Below are positions 10,595 to 22,086 of a DNA stretch of 64,000 nt, in pieces. A program made the position numbers and the translations under genes. The stretch comes from an uncultured virus (IMG/VR IMGVR_UViG_3300030001_000223) (lineage: Duplodnaviria; Heunggongvirae; Uroviricota; Caudoviricetes). The stretch covers positions 1 to 64,000 of IMG/VR virus record IMGVR_UViG_3300030001_000223, one strand, 5' to 3'. Below the pieces are notes generated by a model. That model had not been told where the DNA came from. It worked only from the letters and a program-made list of their open reading frames with translations, and did not search any database. Position 1 is the stretch's first letter; each line of letters opens with the position of its first letter.

Positions 10595-11553
10595 GGGAAA
10601 GGTCAATTTTGGACAATAGAAGATGAAGAATTTTTAAAAGAAAATTACATATATTTATCGAAAGAAGAATTAATGAATAAATTTAATAATAGGACTTGGA
10701 AGGGAATAAGACATAAGGCTAATGATATGGGAGTTAAAAAACAAAACGACTATGAAAATATTTCAAACGATGAATTATATAAAATAGAAGGTGGAATAAA
10801 ATATAAATTATGTAAGTGTTGTAGAAGATATTTACCTTTGGAATTAAAATATTTTCCAAAAGACAATACGTGTACAGATGGGTTTAGAAATATTTGCAAG
10901 GAATGTAAAGGTGAGAACTTTGAGATTTCAAATGCGATTGATTGGACAGATAAAGATGTGGAGTTATTAAAAAAGTTTATTCCAATATGATAAATGAAGA
11001 TATTATTAAAGAATATTTTCCAAATAGAAAAATAAAACATCTAACAGATAAATCTTCGAAATTAGGATTAAAGAAAAATAAAGAGACTTTTAATAGATGT
11101 AGAATTATGAGTTGTGAGGGCAGAATTAAGATATCTAATATTAGAAAAATAGATGGAATTTTTAAAGGAAGAAATAATCCAATGTATGAATCTAAAAGAT
11201 ATGGTAATCTTAATCCTAATTGGCAAGGTGGGATTACTTCAGAAAAAAGCAGAATAATGAATACTGAGGAATATAAAAATTGGAGAAAACAAGTTTTTGA
11301 AAGAGATAATTATACTTGTCAATGTTGTGGTGAGAAAACACATAATAATGAAGCTCATCACATAGATAATTTTGCAGACTATGAAGATAAAAGATTTGAT
11401 GTTGAAAATGGAATGACTTTATGTAAGCAATGTCATAATCCAAATCAAGAAGGAAGTTTTCATAATACTTACGGAACGTTGCACAATAATAAAGAACAGT
11501 TAGAAGAATATATTGAAAGTAAAACAGATAAAGATTTAAAAGTCGCTAATTAA
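10592..11553 (+). CDS. HNH endonuclease with N-terminal Myb/HTH-like repeats and zinc finger, split into two frames at A-AAA-AAG (10969-10975)
   Basis: The C-terminal ORF has WRKQVFERDNYTCQCCG..EAHH..NGMTLCKQCH. The second WTxxD repeat is completed only by a -1 shift. Confidence 0.8.
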
Positions 11554-11604
11554 TTTAGTGGCTTTTTTATTATGTAAAAAATCAATCAAAGGAGAAATGA
11601 GAAA

Positions 11605-12495
11605 ATGGCAAATGCAGTAAAAAATAAATTAACATGTACTTGTTGTGGACAAGAATCTAGTGAGAGAAACTTTTATATAAGTAAATCATTTATATATAAA
11701 GCCAATTCTCATTTACCTATTTGTAAAACATGTTTAGGAGATTTATACGATAAGTATTATAGCAAGTATCAAGATTATAAATTAGCTTTATATTACATGT
11801 GTAGAGCAGTAAGTATATGCTTTAATCTAGGTAGTTATAATGCTGTTTTACAAGAAATTCAGAACGGGAAAACAACAAATGTATGGCAAATATATATGAC
11901 CAAGTTAAATAGTCTTGGTGGGAAAAATGGTGCTGGGGACGATTTCGATTCTAGTGATGATGTAAATGTTGTGGCACAGATAGAAGACTCAAATGAAGAA
12001 CGAGGACTTAGTAAAGATATACTCATTAAGTGGGGCAATGGATATAATGATGATGATTATATATGGCTAGAAAACACATATAATGAATGGGTTGGAAAAT
12101 ATAAGAGTGACACATTATCAGAACAAAAAACTTTTAAACTTCTTGCTATCAAAGAATTTCAAATAATGAAAGCAGTTGAGAAGAATAGTAATACTGATAA
12201 ATTAGAAGAAACTTATCTTAAATTAATGTCAGCAGGTAATGTTACTCCTAGAGATGCTAATGCTTCAATGGACGATGAAAATACAAAAGGACTTGGAGTT
12301 TGGACTAAAGACATTGAAAAGTATAGACCAGCAGAATATTTTGCAGACAAAAAATTATATAAAGACTATGATAGTTTAATTGATTACTTAAATAGGTTTG
12401 TATTCAGACCTATTAAAAATTTATTAATGAAAACTAAAGAATATGATGGAGAGTTCTCAATAGAAGATGACTTCAAAGTTGGTGGTGAAGATTAA
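11605..12495 (+). CDS. Putative terminase small subunit / terminase-associated zinc-finger protein
   Basis: CxxC...CxxC N-terminus; lies immediately upstream of the large terminase. Confidence 0.55.
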   Translation: MANAVKNKLTCTCCGQESSERNFYISKSFIYKANSHLPICKTCLGDLYDKYYSKYQDYKLALYYMCRAVSICFNLGSYNAVLQEIQNGKTTNVWQIYMTKLNSLGGKNGAGDDFDSSDDVNVVAQIEDSNEERGLSKDILIKWGNGYNDDDYIWLENTYNEWVGKYKSDTLSEQKTFKLLAIKEFQIMKAVEKNSNTDKLEETYLKLMSAGNVTPRDANASMDDENTKGLGVWTKDIEKYRPAEYFADKKLYKDYDSLIDYLNRFVFRPIKNLLMKTKEYDGEFSIEDDFKVGGED

Positions 12496-12497
12496 TA

Positions 12498-14288
12498 ATG
12501 GCTAACAACTTTAAAACAGCAAGACAAAATAATGCAAAAAAAACCAATATACATGAAAAACCTAGACAACAAGAAAAGAAACAAGAAAAAACTTTTGATT
12601 ATACAGAAAGGCTAATAGATTGGATTACATTCTATAGACGTAATTTACATAGAGCTGTTCAACATTATTTACAACTAGATTTACATTTATATCAAGCTAT
12701 AGCATTATACCTAATGAATATATGCCCATTAGTAGTAATAGTTGCATGTAGAGCTTCTGCAAAATCATATATTATAGCTATTTTTGCATGTATAAAAGCG
12801 ATACTTTATCCAAATTCATTAATTGTTATAGCATCAGCCACAAAAAAACAAGCATCTTTAATTGTAACTGAAAAAATAGTTAAAGAATTAATGCCAAAGT
12901 CTCCTAATTTAAGGAGGGAAATTAAACAAATTAAAACAAGTGGTAATGAAACTGAGGTAATGTTTGTTAATGGAAGTTCAATAGTTGTTGTTCCTGCAAC
13001 AGATAATGCGAGAGGATACAGGGCTACTTGCTTGGTATATGAAGAATTTCGGATGATTAAAAAAGATATTATAGATTTTGTATTATCACCATTTTTAATT
13101 ATACGTCAAGTACCATATTTGAATAATCCAGAATATGAACATTTAAAAGAAGAACCTACTGAAATATATATAAGTTCAGCATATTTTGCACAACATTGGA
13201 TGTCTAAAATGATAAAATTATCAGTAACTGATATGTATAAAAAATCAGAAGCTCTCTTTTTAGCATTTGATTATTCTATTACATTAAAACATAATATACG
13301 TACAAGAAAACAATTAATTAAAGAAAAGAAAAAATTAGGAACGGTTGCGTATGCAATGGAGTATGAAAACACAATGGTTGGTCAAGGAGAAGATGCTTTC
13401 TATTCGTTTGATTTAATGAATAATGCACAAAGTATGAAAAAAGCCTTTTATCCAAGAACTACTCAAGACGTATTAGAAAAGAAGAAAAATCCACATGACA
13501 TACCTAAACAAAATGGTGAAAAAAGATTAATTTCGGTTGATATAGCTATGGTTAATAATGATAAAAATGATAATACAGTTATAACCTGTATTAGAGCTTT
13601 GCCGAGCGGAGATATCTATGAAAGACAAATACCATATATTGAAGCTTTCAAAGGAGATAATACAACAGTACAAGCAACAAGAATCAAAGAAATATTTTAT
13701 GATTTTGATGCAGATATATTAGTATTAGATACTCAGAATGCAGGATTATCAATAGCAGATGAATTAGGTAAAATAACTTATTCAGAAGAAAGAGATAAAG
13801 AATACCCTCCATTTAAATGCTTTAATGATGAAGATGTTGCTAAAAGAATTAAAAATAAAGATGCTTTGCCTGTATTATTTAGTTATAAAGGTCAATCAAA
13901 AATTAATGAACAAATGCATTATGCTATGAAAGATGCATTAGATAGGAAGAAATTAAAACTATTAATTAATGCTGTTCAAGCGAGAGACTATTTAGATACT
14001 AAACCATTTTATAATAAAAAAGATATTGGACTTGAACAACAAGTATTATATGAACTTGTTTATGTACAAACAGATTTATTGATAAATGAAATGGTAGGTT
14101 TAAATCAAACTATAAGTAAAGGTTGTTTAGCACTTGAAGAACCTACAGCCTCAGCAACAAAAGATAGATATATTTCATTAGCAATGGGAAATTATTTAAT
14201 CAAACAATGGGAATTGGATTTACAAGAAAAAGATAGTGAAGAATCTTGGTCAGACGCCCCATCATTTGTAACCTCATACACGTTCTAA
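12498..14288 (+). CDS. terL: Terminase large subunit
   Basis: Variant Walker A (CRASAKS), ARGYRA, Walker B (VYEEFR), YISSA, nuclease motifs ISVDIA and KDRYISL. Confidence 0.9.
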   Translation: MANNFKTARQNNAKKTNIHEKPRQQEKKQEKTFDYTERLIDWITFYRRNLHRAVQHYLQLDLHLYQAIALYLMNICPLVVIVACRASAKSYIIAIFACIKAILYPNSLIVIASATKKQASLIVTEKIVKELMPKSPNLRREIKQIKTSGNETEVMFVNGSSIVVVPATDNARGYRATCLVYEEFRMIKKDIIDFVLSPFLIIRQVPYLNNPEYEHLKEEPTEIYISSAYFAQHWMSKMIKLSVTDMYKKSEALFLAFDYSITLKHNIRTRKQLIKEKKKLGTVAYAMEYENTMVGQGEDAFYSFDLMNNAQSMKKAFYPRTTQDVLEKKKNPHDIPKQNGEKRLISVDIAMVNNDKNDNTVITCIRALPSGDIYERQIPYIEAFKGDNTTVQATRIKEIFYDFDADILVLDTQNAGLSIADELGKITYSEERDKEYPPFKCFNDEDVAKRIKNKDALPVLFSYKGQSKINEQMHYAMKDALDRKKLKLLINAVQARDYLDTKPFYNKKDIGLEQQVLYELVYVQTDLLINEMVGLNQTISKGCLALEEPTASATKDRYISLAMGNYLIKQWELDLQEKDSEESWSDAPSFVTSYTF

Positions 14289-14358
14289 AACTAATTAATA
14301 AAACGACACTAACATCTAAACAAATTAAAATAAAAAATAAAAAGGAGGTGAAAGCGAT

Positions 14359-16062
14359 TTGCCTACAAAGAAAGAAAAGACAATAATTTCAGTAGAAGTA
14401 GCGAATGAAATATTAGATGCTTCACAACCAATAACTCTAGTTCCAAATGAAAATAAAGAATATACTGCGTTTGCATCAACTCATGTAAAAACTGGTGATG
14501 AATTAGATTTTGAACAAGCATCTTATAATTTTAGTACAAATCAACATCTAATAAATAAGATAGTTCAAAATGAAAATCATTGCTATAGTACATCAATAGA
14601 AGATTTAAATATGTTAGCACGAGGGACACAAAATAATATTGACAAAGTATTGAAAATAAATAGTTTGATTAAGTATTATGCTAATAAAAATGATTTAGTT
14701 GGTATTGTTATTGGAACTATAGAAAATAATGTAAATACAAATTATAAGATATCGTATCCTAAATTACCTGATAATGTAAAAAAGAAAAATAAATTAAAAG
14801 ATAAAGTTGATACTATATTGAGTAATTTCATTGACAATGTAGATTTAAAACTTCAAATAAGAAAAGAAGGAATGTCAACATTTACGCAAGGAACATATTT
14901 TACTTATTTGAGAAGTAATAATGATGGTACATACGGAATATCTACATATCCATTAGGATTAGTTGATTTTACTGATTATACCATTGATGGAGAACCTGTT
15001 ATATATATGGATATGATAAAATTAAGAAGTTCGTTAGCAACTACTCAATCGAAATATAAGACAATAAAATCTAGCTTTATTAATTTTTCAGATAAAATAG
15101 AAGATGAAATACAAAAAAATTATCCACCAGAAGTATATGACGCATATATCAATAATTATAAATGGGCAATATTAAATCCTCAAAGAACTGGCATACATAG
15201 AATAAATGAGTTAGATGGTATATATGGAGTGTCACCTATATTTAAGGCTTTAAATGCGTTACTTATGCTTGAAACTATAGATAATATAGATAGGGAAAAT
15301 ATACTAGCTAGGTCAAAGAAGATATTCTATCAAAAGACTAGAAAAGAAATATTAGGAACTAATGGTGATAAAACAAAAAACTTTGCAGAATTGAAATTTG
15401 CTCAAGATGAATTAGTTAAAGCTATGAGTCAAAAGATTGTAATATACACATCTCCTGCTTATATTGAGGATTTACAAATAATAGAACCTAAAGCTGAATT
15501 AGTTAGTCAAGAAGTTATAGCAAGATATAAAAATCAAGTATTAAATAGTTTAGGAATATCATTTTTAAGTAATGAAGCTAAGTCATCTTTTAATACTGTG
15601 CAAGTTTCAGTTGATGAATTATTAAAAACAGTTAATAAAGTAGTTTATCAGTTTGAGAATACATTAAATAAATATATTAAAGTTATTTGTCAAGAGAATG
15701 GAATCGATTCTAACTATATCCCAGTAATTAATATTGAAAAATCTGAACTATTATCAGATGATGCAAAACTGAAGTTAGTTGAAATTTTATTTTCAAAAAT
15801 GGGTATGTCTTATTCTACTATCTTTGAGATGTTAGGTATGGATTATAATACTGAGGTCGAAAGACGAAAAGCTGAAAACGCTGATGATATAGAAAATGTC
15901 TTTAGCCCACATATTACTTCATATACTTCAAGCGATAGTGAAAAGGGTGATATAACTGGTACTAATACTATAGACACAACAACTAATACAAATGGTTCAA
16001 TTAAAAATACCAACCTAGATAAAAATGCAAATGATAAAGCATTAAAAGATGGTCAATTATAA
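14359..16062 (+). CDS. Portal protein
   Basis: Position after terL, 567 aa, YGVSPI motif. Confidence 0.75.
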   Translation: MPTKKEKTIISVEVANEILDASQPITLVPNENKEYTAFASTHVKTGDELDFEQASYNFSTNQHLINKIVQNENHCYSTSIEDLNMLARGTQNNIDKVLKINSLIKYYANKNDLVGIVIGTIENNVNTNYKISYPKLPDNVKKKNKLKDKVDTILSNFIDNVDLKLQIRKEGMSTFTQGTYFTYLRSNNDGTYGISTYPLGLVDFTDYTIDGEPVIYMDMIKLRSSLATTQSKYKTIKSSFINFSDKIEDEIQKNYPPEVYDAYINNYKWAILNPQRTGIHRINELDGIYGVSPIFKALNALLMLETIDNIDRENILARSKKIFYQKTRKEILGTNGDKTKNFAELKFAQDELVKAMSQKIVIYTSPAYIEDLQIIEPKAELVSQEVIARYKNQVLNSLGISFLSNEAKSSFNTVQVSVDELLKTVNKVVYQFENTLNKYIKVICQENGIDSNYIPVINIEKSELLSDDAKLKLVEILFSKMGMSYSTIFEMLGMDYNTEVERRKAENADDIENVFSPHITSYTSSDSEKGDITGTNTIDTTTNTNGSIKNTNLDKNANDKALKDGQL

Positions 16063-16098
16063 TAAATAAATATATTTGAAGGGAGGTGAGGAGAATAA

Positions 16099-17730
16099 AT
16101 GGAAGATAATAAATTGATTTTAAATGGAGAATTATTAGCACTTTCCTCAAATGACAACGGGGATTTAATAGGTAAATTTTTAATATGTCCACTTGATGAA
16201 TCAAATTTAAACGGAGTAGGACTTCGTGAATCTGACTTATCACAAGATGAATTATTAGGACTAGCTACAAGACCAGTTCAATGCAAAGTAATTGATAGAA
16301 ATGGAACATTGGATTTTGGCAGTCATGAGGCAAAACTAACATATGTAAAAGACGAAAATGGAAATTTAGTTAAAAAATATGTTTTTGATACTCAATCGGT
16401 TGGTTATCATACAGAAGTTTCAGTAGAAAATATTGAAATTGATGGAATAACTAAAAGGTGTATTGTTGCTATAGCTACAATTTGGGCTAGATATGAAAAT
16501 GTTATTTCAGTAATTAATAGATTAGGAGAATCCTTACATACAAGTTGGGAAATTGCATACTCAGAATATTATATGGATGAAGGTATTAAATGGATAAAGG
16601 GTTTAAATTGGCTTTCAAATTGTTTATTGGGAAGTAATATTTGTCCTGCTTATGGCGATGCTGGATTGCTTGAAGTAGCAGAAGAAGACCAAGAAATCCA
16701 ATTATCTAATGCAATCATTGAAGATAATAACAAAATAGAAGTGGCTAATAAAATTAACGAACCTAATATAGAACAATTTACTAATACAATTATAAGTAAT
16801 CAAACTGACGAAAATTCAGTTGATAATAAATTAAACAATGAAAATTCGCAATGTAATGAAGGAGGAAATAAAAAAATGGCAAATAAAAAGAAAAGTAAAC
16901 AAATAGAAAATTCATCTTTAACTATTGGGGATGTTTATCAAGCTATTTATAATGCATTATGGGATAGTGAATATGACCCAGATACAGTAATAATTCATCC
17001 AGTAGAACAAGAGATATTAATTCATCAATATGGTGATTTGGAAGAAAATTATATTCAAATTTCATATACAATTAATGAAGATGGAACAGTTACTTTAGGT
17101 GATGGCACATGTGTTGCTATGGTATTTATGCCACAATCAACATATAATATGCAATGTTGTGAATCAACACTAGCTAAAGAGAAAGCAACTAAGGAATTAG
17201 ATGAAGCTAACTCAACATGTAAGAAAAAGGATGAAGAAATGTCAGAGTTAAAAAAAACAATAGAAACACAAAAAACTGAATTATCTTCAAAGATTAGTTC
17301 TATAGTAGATCTAGGTAAAAATATTTCCGAAAAGGAAACTGTAATTGCTGAAAAAGATGAATTACTTCAAACTAAAGAATTGGAACTTTCTGAATTAAAA
17401 CCTTTTAAAGAAGAATTAGATAAAATAAATGCAGAAAAAGAAGCTTTAGAAATAGCTGAAAAGAAAGAAGCATTTAAAAATGAATATTTAGGAACTAAAT
17501 TAATTTCTGAAAAAGATTTGGAAATTGCAGAAGTAAAAGAAGCTATTGATACTATGGATAATTCTAAAATAGAAATATTTATAGCTCAAAAGGTAATTGC
17601 AAAAGCAAAAGCTGGAAAACCACAAGTTGAAGTTTCAGAAATAGTAAAAGAACAAAAAGTTGAGGTTGTTTTAAGTTCAGTAAATGATGATAGTAATGAA
17701 CTTAACTTTTCAGAAATGAATTGGAAATAA
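16099..17730 (+). CDS. Prohead protease fused to a coiled-coil scaffold
   Basis: NLNGVG, GSHE, IWARY, TSWEI and PAY motifs in the N-terminal domain; charged coiled-coil C-terminus; synteny. Confidence 0.7.
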   Translation: MEDNKLILNGELLALSSNDNGDLIGKFLICPLDESNLNGVGLRESDLSQDELLGLATRPVQCKVIDRNGTLDFGSHEAKLTYVKDENGNLVKKYVFDTQSVGYHTEVSVENIEIDGITKRCIVAIATIWARYENVISVINRLGESLHTSWEIAYSEYYMDEGIKWIKGLNWLSNCLLGSNICPAYGDAGLLEVAEEDQEIQLSNAIIEDNNKIEVANKINEPNIEQFTNTIISNQTDENSVDNKLNNENSQCNEGGNKKMANKKKSKQIENSSLTIGDVYQAIYNALWDSEYDPDTVIIHPVEQEILIHQYGDLEENYIQISYTINEDGTVTLGDGTCVAMVFMPQSTYNMQCCESTLAKEKATKELDEANSTCKKKDEEMSELKKTIETQKTELSSKISSIVDLGKNISEKETVIAEKDELLQTKELELSELKPFKEELDKINAEKEALEIAEKKEAFKNEYLGTKLISEKDLEIAEVKEAIDTMDNSKIEIFIAQKVIAKAKAGKPQVEVSEIVKEQKVEVVLSSVNDDSNELNFSEMNWK

Positions 17731-17820
17731 GTTAAAACTAAGAGGTTTGAGATATAGCTTCTTTTTTATTGTAAAAAATAATATTAAAAAATTAAAATTA
17801 TGAAAGCGAGGAAATAAATT

Positions 17821-18282
17821 ATGTTAAGAAATTTACAAACAAACGGAAATGGTGCAAGTAATGGTCAAAATAAAGCTTCAGTTGATATGGTAAGGGGGTC
17901 TTTTGTTACTGCTGATGAAGCAACAAAAACATTAGCACTTGCAACAGGTATCGCAGGCGTTAAAATCGTAGATAGAGGAACTAAATTAACAGTATCAGTT
18001 GCACAAAATTTTGCAATATCACCTTATGACGCCGATCAAGATACAATTTTAGCTGGTGAAAGAGGATATTTAAATGATTTAGAAGGTAGATGGGCAACAT
18101 CAATGTACGATTCAACAGTAAATTCAGTATTGGCAATTGGTAGTTATTTAACTATAACTGCTGGTAAATTAGTAGCTTCACCTTTAAATGCAGTTACAAT
18201 AATTAAATTTCTAGGATTAATTCCAGATAACGGACATACATTAGCTGGATTTGAAATAGATGCTACAGTAAAATTAGCTTAA
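17821..18282 (+). CDS. Putative capsid decoration/cement protein
   Basis: Small beta-rich protein between scaffold and capsid genes. Confidence 0.55.
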   Translation: MLRNLQTNGNGASNGQNKASVDMVRGSFVTADEATKTLALATGIAGVKIVDRGTKLTVSVAQNFAISPYDADQDTILAGERGYLNDLEGRWATSMYDSTVNSVLAIGSYLTITAGKLVASPLNAVTIIKFLGLIPDNGHTLAGFEIDATVKLA

Positions 18283-18337
18283 TAAATTAAAAACAATATT
18301 AACAAAAATAAATTAAAATTATGAAAGCGAGGAAATA

Positions 18338-19333
18338 ATGATGAATATAGAATTAAGTAATCACGTAAAAGAAAGAGGTACTATGTATGAATGGGCAGAA
18401 AAAGTAGTAGGGAAAAAGGAACTTTCACCAGACCAAATTATAATTTCCGAATCAATGAATAAGTGGGCATTAGAAATTGCAAATAGTGGAACAACTAATG
18501 TAGCATTATCTGATTATCTACAAAGAGTTGTTCAAGAACAAATTTATGATGAACCATCACAATTATTAGATACAATGTTTAATCAAGGTTCAATTGGAGA
18601 ATTTGATGATTATAATTCAATCGGAACTTATAAAAATAATCTATTAGCACATGAAGTTTCTGAAAGAGGCGGTTCTGTTGATAAGTCTTATGTAGATTTC
18701 AGTAGATATTCAATGGTACATACAAACTTACAAATAGAAACTGAATTAAGATATGATGAACTAAGAAGAAATGGTGCTATGACAATTGCACAATTAACTC
18801 TTTATGCAATTGAATCATTACAAAATAAAAAGTTCCAATCAATATTTACTAACCTTAATACATTGTTAGTATCAGGTTCAAATGTATTTGATGCAACTGG
18901 TGGATTAACAGTTCAATTAATGGATGATTTTGCAGGTTATGTAACAGACCATTCATTTACAGGTCAACAATTAATTACTGGTTTGTCAACTGATTTAAGA
19001 GATATCAAGAATATGCCAGGATATACAGACTTCTTATCTTATACTATGAAGGATGCTTTAAACATGGGTTCTGGTGTACTTAGTGTATATAACAGTGTTC
19101 CATTAGCTTCTATTTCTGCTGGTAAATTACTTGCAGATGGAAGCACTTTAATTCCAGCAAAAACAATCTATGGTTTCTCAGACAAAATTGGTCAATGTGA
19201 TATGAGAGGATCTTTAAGAGTCCTACAAACTCCAGACAATGCTAAAGAAGTAATCAGATTGAAATTTACTGGATATGAATTCATTTATGCAATAGATAAA
19301 TTAGAAAAAGTTTCAAAAATTAAAGTAAAATAA
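18338..19333 (+). CDS. Major capsid protein
   Basis: 331 aa, synteny, followed by a terminator-like hairpin. Confidence 0.75.
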   Translation: MMNIELSNHVKERGTMYEWAEKVVGKKELSPDQIIISESMNKWALEIANSGTTNVALSDYLQRVVQEQIYDEPSQLLDTMFNQGSIGEFDDYNSIGTYKNNLLAHEVSERGGSVDKSYVDFSRYSMVHTNLQIETELRYDELRRNGAMTIAQLTLYAIESLQNKKFQSIFTNLNTLLVSGSNVFDATGGLTVQLMDDFAGYVTDHSFTGQQLITGLSTDLRDIKNMPGYTDFLSYTMKDALNMGSGVLSVYNSVPLASISAGKLLADGSTLIPAKTIYGFSDKIGQCDMRGSLRVLQTPDNAKEVIRLKFTGYEFIYAIDKLEKVSKIKVK

Positions 19334-19394
19334 TAAATTAAAATAAAAAAAGGGAGGAATTATTCTTCCCTTTAAATTTAAGGAGAGATATACA

Positions 19395-20009
19395 ATGATT
19401 AATAAAAAAGAAGAATTTGAAGTATTGAATTATTATGATTATCCTAAATATTTACCTAGTATGGATGGATTAGGATATAAGATTAGTGGTCAAACAGAGA
19501 ATGAAGCAGGGTTTGACTTTGTAACATTTAATGATATAAGATCAATAAATCAAAAATCAGAAGCATTCAGAAATGGTACTTTAGAATTTGCTGAGGATGT
19601 AAAAGAAGGGTTATTTAAAGAATTAAGAATAGATATAAATAACGATAACTATTTCACTAGAAAAATGATTGAAGATATAATACTAGACCCTAACGATGAA
19701 AAAATGATAAAAATAGTACATATAACAAGTAAAGATACTATAGATAATTTTAGAAGAATGTTAGTTAAACTTACTAATGATAATGAATATGATATAAGTA
19801 ATAGAGTAAGAGAATATATAGACGGTAGAGAATATGAATTAAATCATAAGATTACAAAAAGTACTTTACCAATCCCAAAAAGTAAAATATATATACCAAT
19901 AAAAGAAGAAAATATTGAAATAGCAGTAGTTCCAGAAAATAAGGAAATTATTAGCGAAGAAATAATAGAACCAAAAGCGAAAGTTCAAAAACCAAAATTA
20001 ACAAAGTAA
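19395..20009 (+). CDS. Hypothetical head-associated protein
   Basis: Position after the capsid gene, RBS AAGGAG. Confidence 0.55.
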   Translation: MINKKEEFEVLNYYDYPKYLPSMDGLGYKISGQTENEAGFDFVTFNDIRSINQKSEAFRNGTLEFAEDVKEGLFKELRIDINNDNYFTRKMIEDIILDPNDEKMIKIVHITSKDTIDNFRRMLVKLTNDNEYDISNRVREYIDGREYELNHKITKSTLPIPKSKIYIPIKEENIEIAVVPENKEIISEEIIEPKAKVQKPKLTK

Positions 20010-20061
20010 AGATAGGGTAAAAAATCTCTATCTTTTTTTATATTTGAAAGGAGAAGAGAGT

Positions 20062-20532
20062 ATGGTAAAAACACCCTATCAATATGTAATAGCAAAATTC
20101 ATAAAAAAGATAAAGCAAGATGTAAAATTCTTTTTATATAACGGTTTAACCGAATCAGAAGTAGAAATTATAGTGAACGAACGTTCTTTAGAATTATTAG
20201 ATTCTGCTTGTGATGAGATTGAACCACAATTAGACCAATTAGTTCTATCTAGCAGAGATGATACCTTAGAATGTTTTGATGATGAATTAACAAGAATAGA
20301 GACTGATACTATCTCAGATATGATGAAAGTTATATATATGAGAGAACCAATATTAAGATTAGCAGAATTTCAAAAATATCTTGGAACTGATATTAAAGCA
20401 TGGAGTCCAGCGGATGAAAGACGAACCTATTTAGAAATATTAACTGACACAGAAGACAAAATGCAATTAAAAATTGATAAATGTAATTCAGTTAATAGAA
20501 CTACAGGGAAGCCAAGGTCGTTATATGAGTGA
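20062..20532 (+). CDS. Putative head-tail adaptor
   Basis: Helical ~156 aa protein after the capsid genes; ATG with RBS AAGGAG upstream. Confidence 0.5.
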   Translation: MVKTPYQYVIAKFIKKIKQDVKFFLYNGLTESEVEIIVNERSLELLDSACDEIEPQLDQLVLSSRDDTLECFDDELTRIETDTISDMMKVIYMREPILRLAEFQKYLGTDIKAWSPADERRTYLEILTDTEDKMQLKIDKCNSVNRTTGKPRSLYE

Positions 20533-21841
20533 TATAGGTAACATAATAAATTATTGCAGAACTATAAATGGTTCTAAAGGCTTTGATGATAGAAAATCCC
20601 AATTACAATCTGAAATGACAACTGATTATAATATTGCTAGACCTAATGTAGTTACTAGATTCTCTATAATGGTCAATACAATTGATGGTAAAGATGTATA
20701 TATCAATAATTCAGATACTTTAATAAGAGGCGTAATTGATGTGAAAAGACATCAAACTGCTGATACTGAAATGGAAGAAACTGTACAGGTATATCCTAAT
20801 CAGATTAAATGTGGAGACTATTTAAAATTTAAAGTAAATGATACTGATGAGTTACGTGATTATATAATAACTTCAAAGATAGAAAAGAAACATGGATATG
20901 ATGAAGGTGTATTTAAGGAATGCAATCATTTATTGAAGTGGGTGTATAAAGGAAATTTATATGATACACAAGTTATTATAAGTAATCAAACTAAATACAC
21001 ATTAGGAATTTCAACGATTGTAGCAGGCATTACCGAAGGGGATAGTAGATATGTAATTACTTTACCATATAATTCTAAAACTCAAAATATTAAAGTTGGA
21101 CAAAGATTTATATTTAATGCAAATGCTTGGAAAGTAACTCAAACTGACTTTGTAAGCGATGTGGGTTTATTGTCTATATTACTTGGTCAAGATAGTATCA
21201 ATACTGAAATTGATGATGTGGATAATGAAATAGCCAACAAATGGGAAATCAAACATAACTATGATACTACCTGTACAAATTCGTTAAGTGTTACTAAGGG
21301 TAGTGATTGTGGTTTAGTTTATTCATTTTTAGATAATGGTAATCCTATTGATAATAATTTAATAAATATAGAAAATACAAGTAACTTGATTTCAATTATT
21401 AAATCTAATGATGGTAAAATAACTATTACTGGAGTTGATATTGGAACTGGAAGTTTTAAAATTAAATTAAATCTCACTGATGAAGTTAGAGAATTTATTG
21501 TGAATTTTGAAGTAGTATCTAGTATTGTTAGTCAAGTAAATTATGAAATCAAAACAAGTAATGGATACGTATATAGAACAAAAGAAGGTAGTACAATTTC
21601 AGCTATAAAATATGAAAATGGCGTAATTCAAAATAATTTAATAATTGAATATCAATTAGATTCATTTGGTCAAGATTTGTTAAATAAACAAAACATATCA
21701 ATTGTTAAAAAAACAGACTCTAGTTTTACAATTAGAAATCTCAATATAAATGTATTAAAAACATTTACTATAACTATAATTGATAAAAACACAGGAGAAA
21801 AAATATTAAATAGTCAAACAATAACACTAAAAGGGATGTAA
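20525..21841 (+). CDS. Putative head-closure/neck protein with C-terminal Ig-like extension
   Basis: CNHLLKW and GQRFIFNANAWKVT motifs, beta-rich C-terminus, synteny. Confidence 0.5.
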   Translation: MSDIGNIINYCRTINGSKGFDDRKSQLQSEMTTDYNIARPNVVTRFSIMVNTIDGKDVYINNSDTLIRGVIDVKRHQTADTEMEETVQVYPNQIKCGDYLKFKVNDTDELRDYIITSKIEKKHGYDEGVFKECNHLLKWVYKGNLYDTQVIISNQTKYTLGISTIVAGITEGDSRYVITLPYNSKTQNIKVGQRFIFNANAWKVTQTDFVSDVGLLSILLGQDSINTEIDDVDNEIANKWEIKHNYDTTCTNSLSVTKGSDCGLVYSFLDNGNPIDNNLINIENTSNLISIIKSNDGKITITGVDIGTGSFKIKLNLTDEVREFIVNFEVVSSIVSQVNYEIKTSNGYVYRTKEGSTISAIKYENGVIQNNLIIEYQLDSFGQDLLNKQNISIVKKTDSSFTIRNLNINVLKTFTITIIDKNTGEKILNSQTITLKGM

Positions 21842-21929
21842 AATTGTATGTTAATTATAAAGACATTAGGATTATTTCTAGTGTCTTTACATTAGTATAT
21901 AAATAAATTAATGTAAATTAAAAAAGATA

Positions 21930-21958
21930 TTGACAATCTTTGTTAAAGATGTTAATAT
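21930..21958 (+). promoter_or_regulatory. Sigma-A-type promoter
   Basis: TTGACA-N17-TAATAT. Confidence 0.7.
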
Positions 21959-21964
21959 AAATTT

Positions 21965-22086
21965 AGGAAGATTACTTAGTATAAGGTTCGAAACTTATAC
22001 TAAGGACAGGGTTTTTCATGTGCCTTTCTTTCTTTTATAAAATACACATGAAAATAAATTATAACATGAAGGAGATAATACATATG
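21965..22086 (+). ncRNA. Structured 5'-leader RNA, copy 2 (loop palindrome TTCGAA)
   Basis: P1 aggaaga/tctttct; P2 cttagtataag/cttatactaag; loop ttttcatgtg is complementary to cacatgaaaa and to catgaagg at the SD. Confidence 0.7.
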
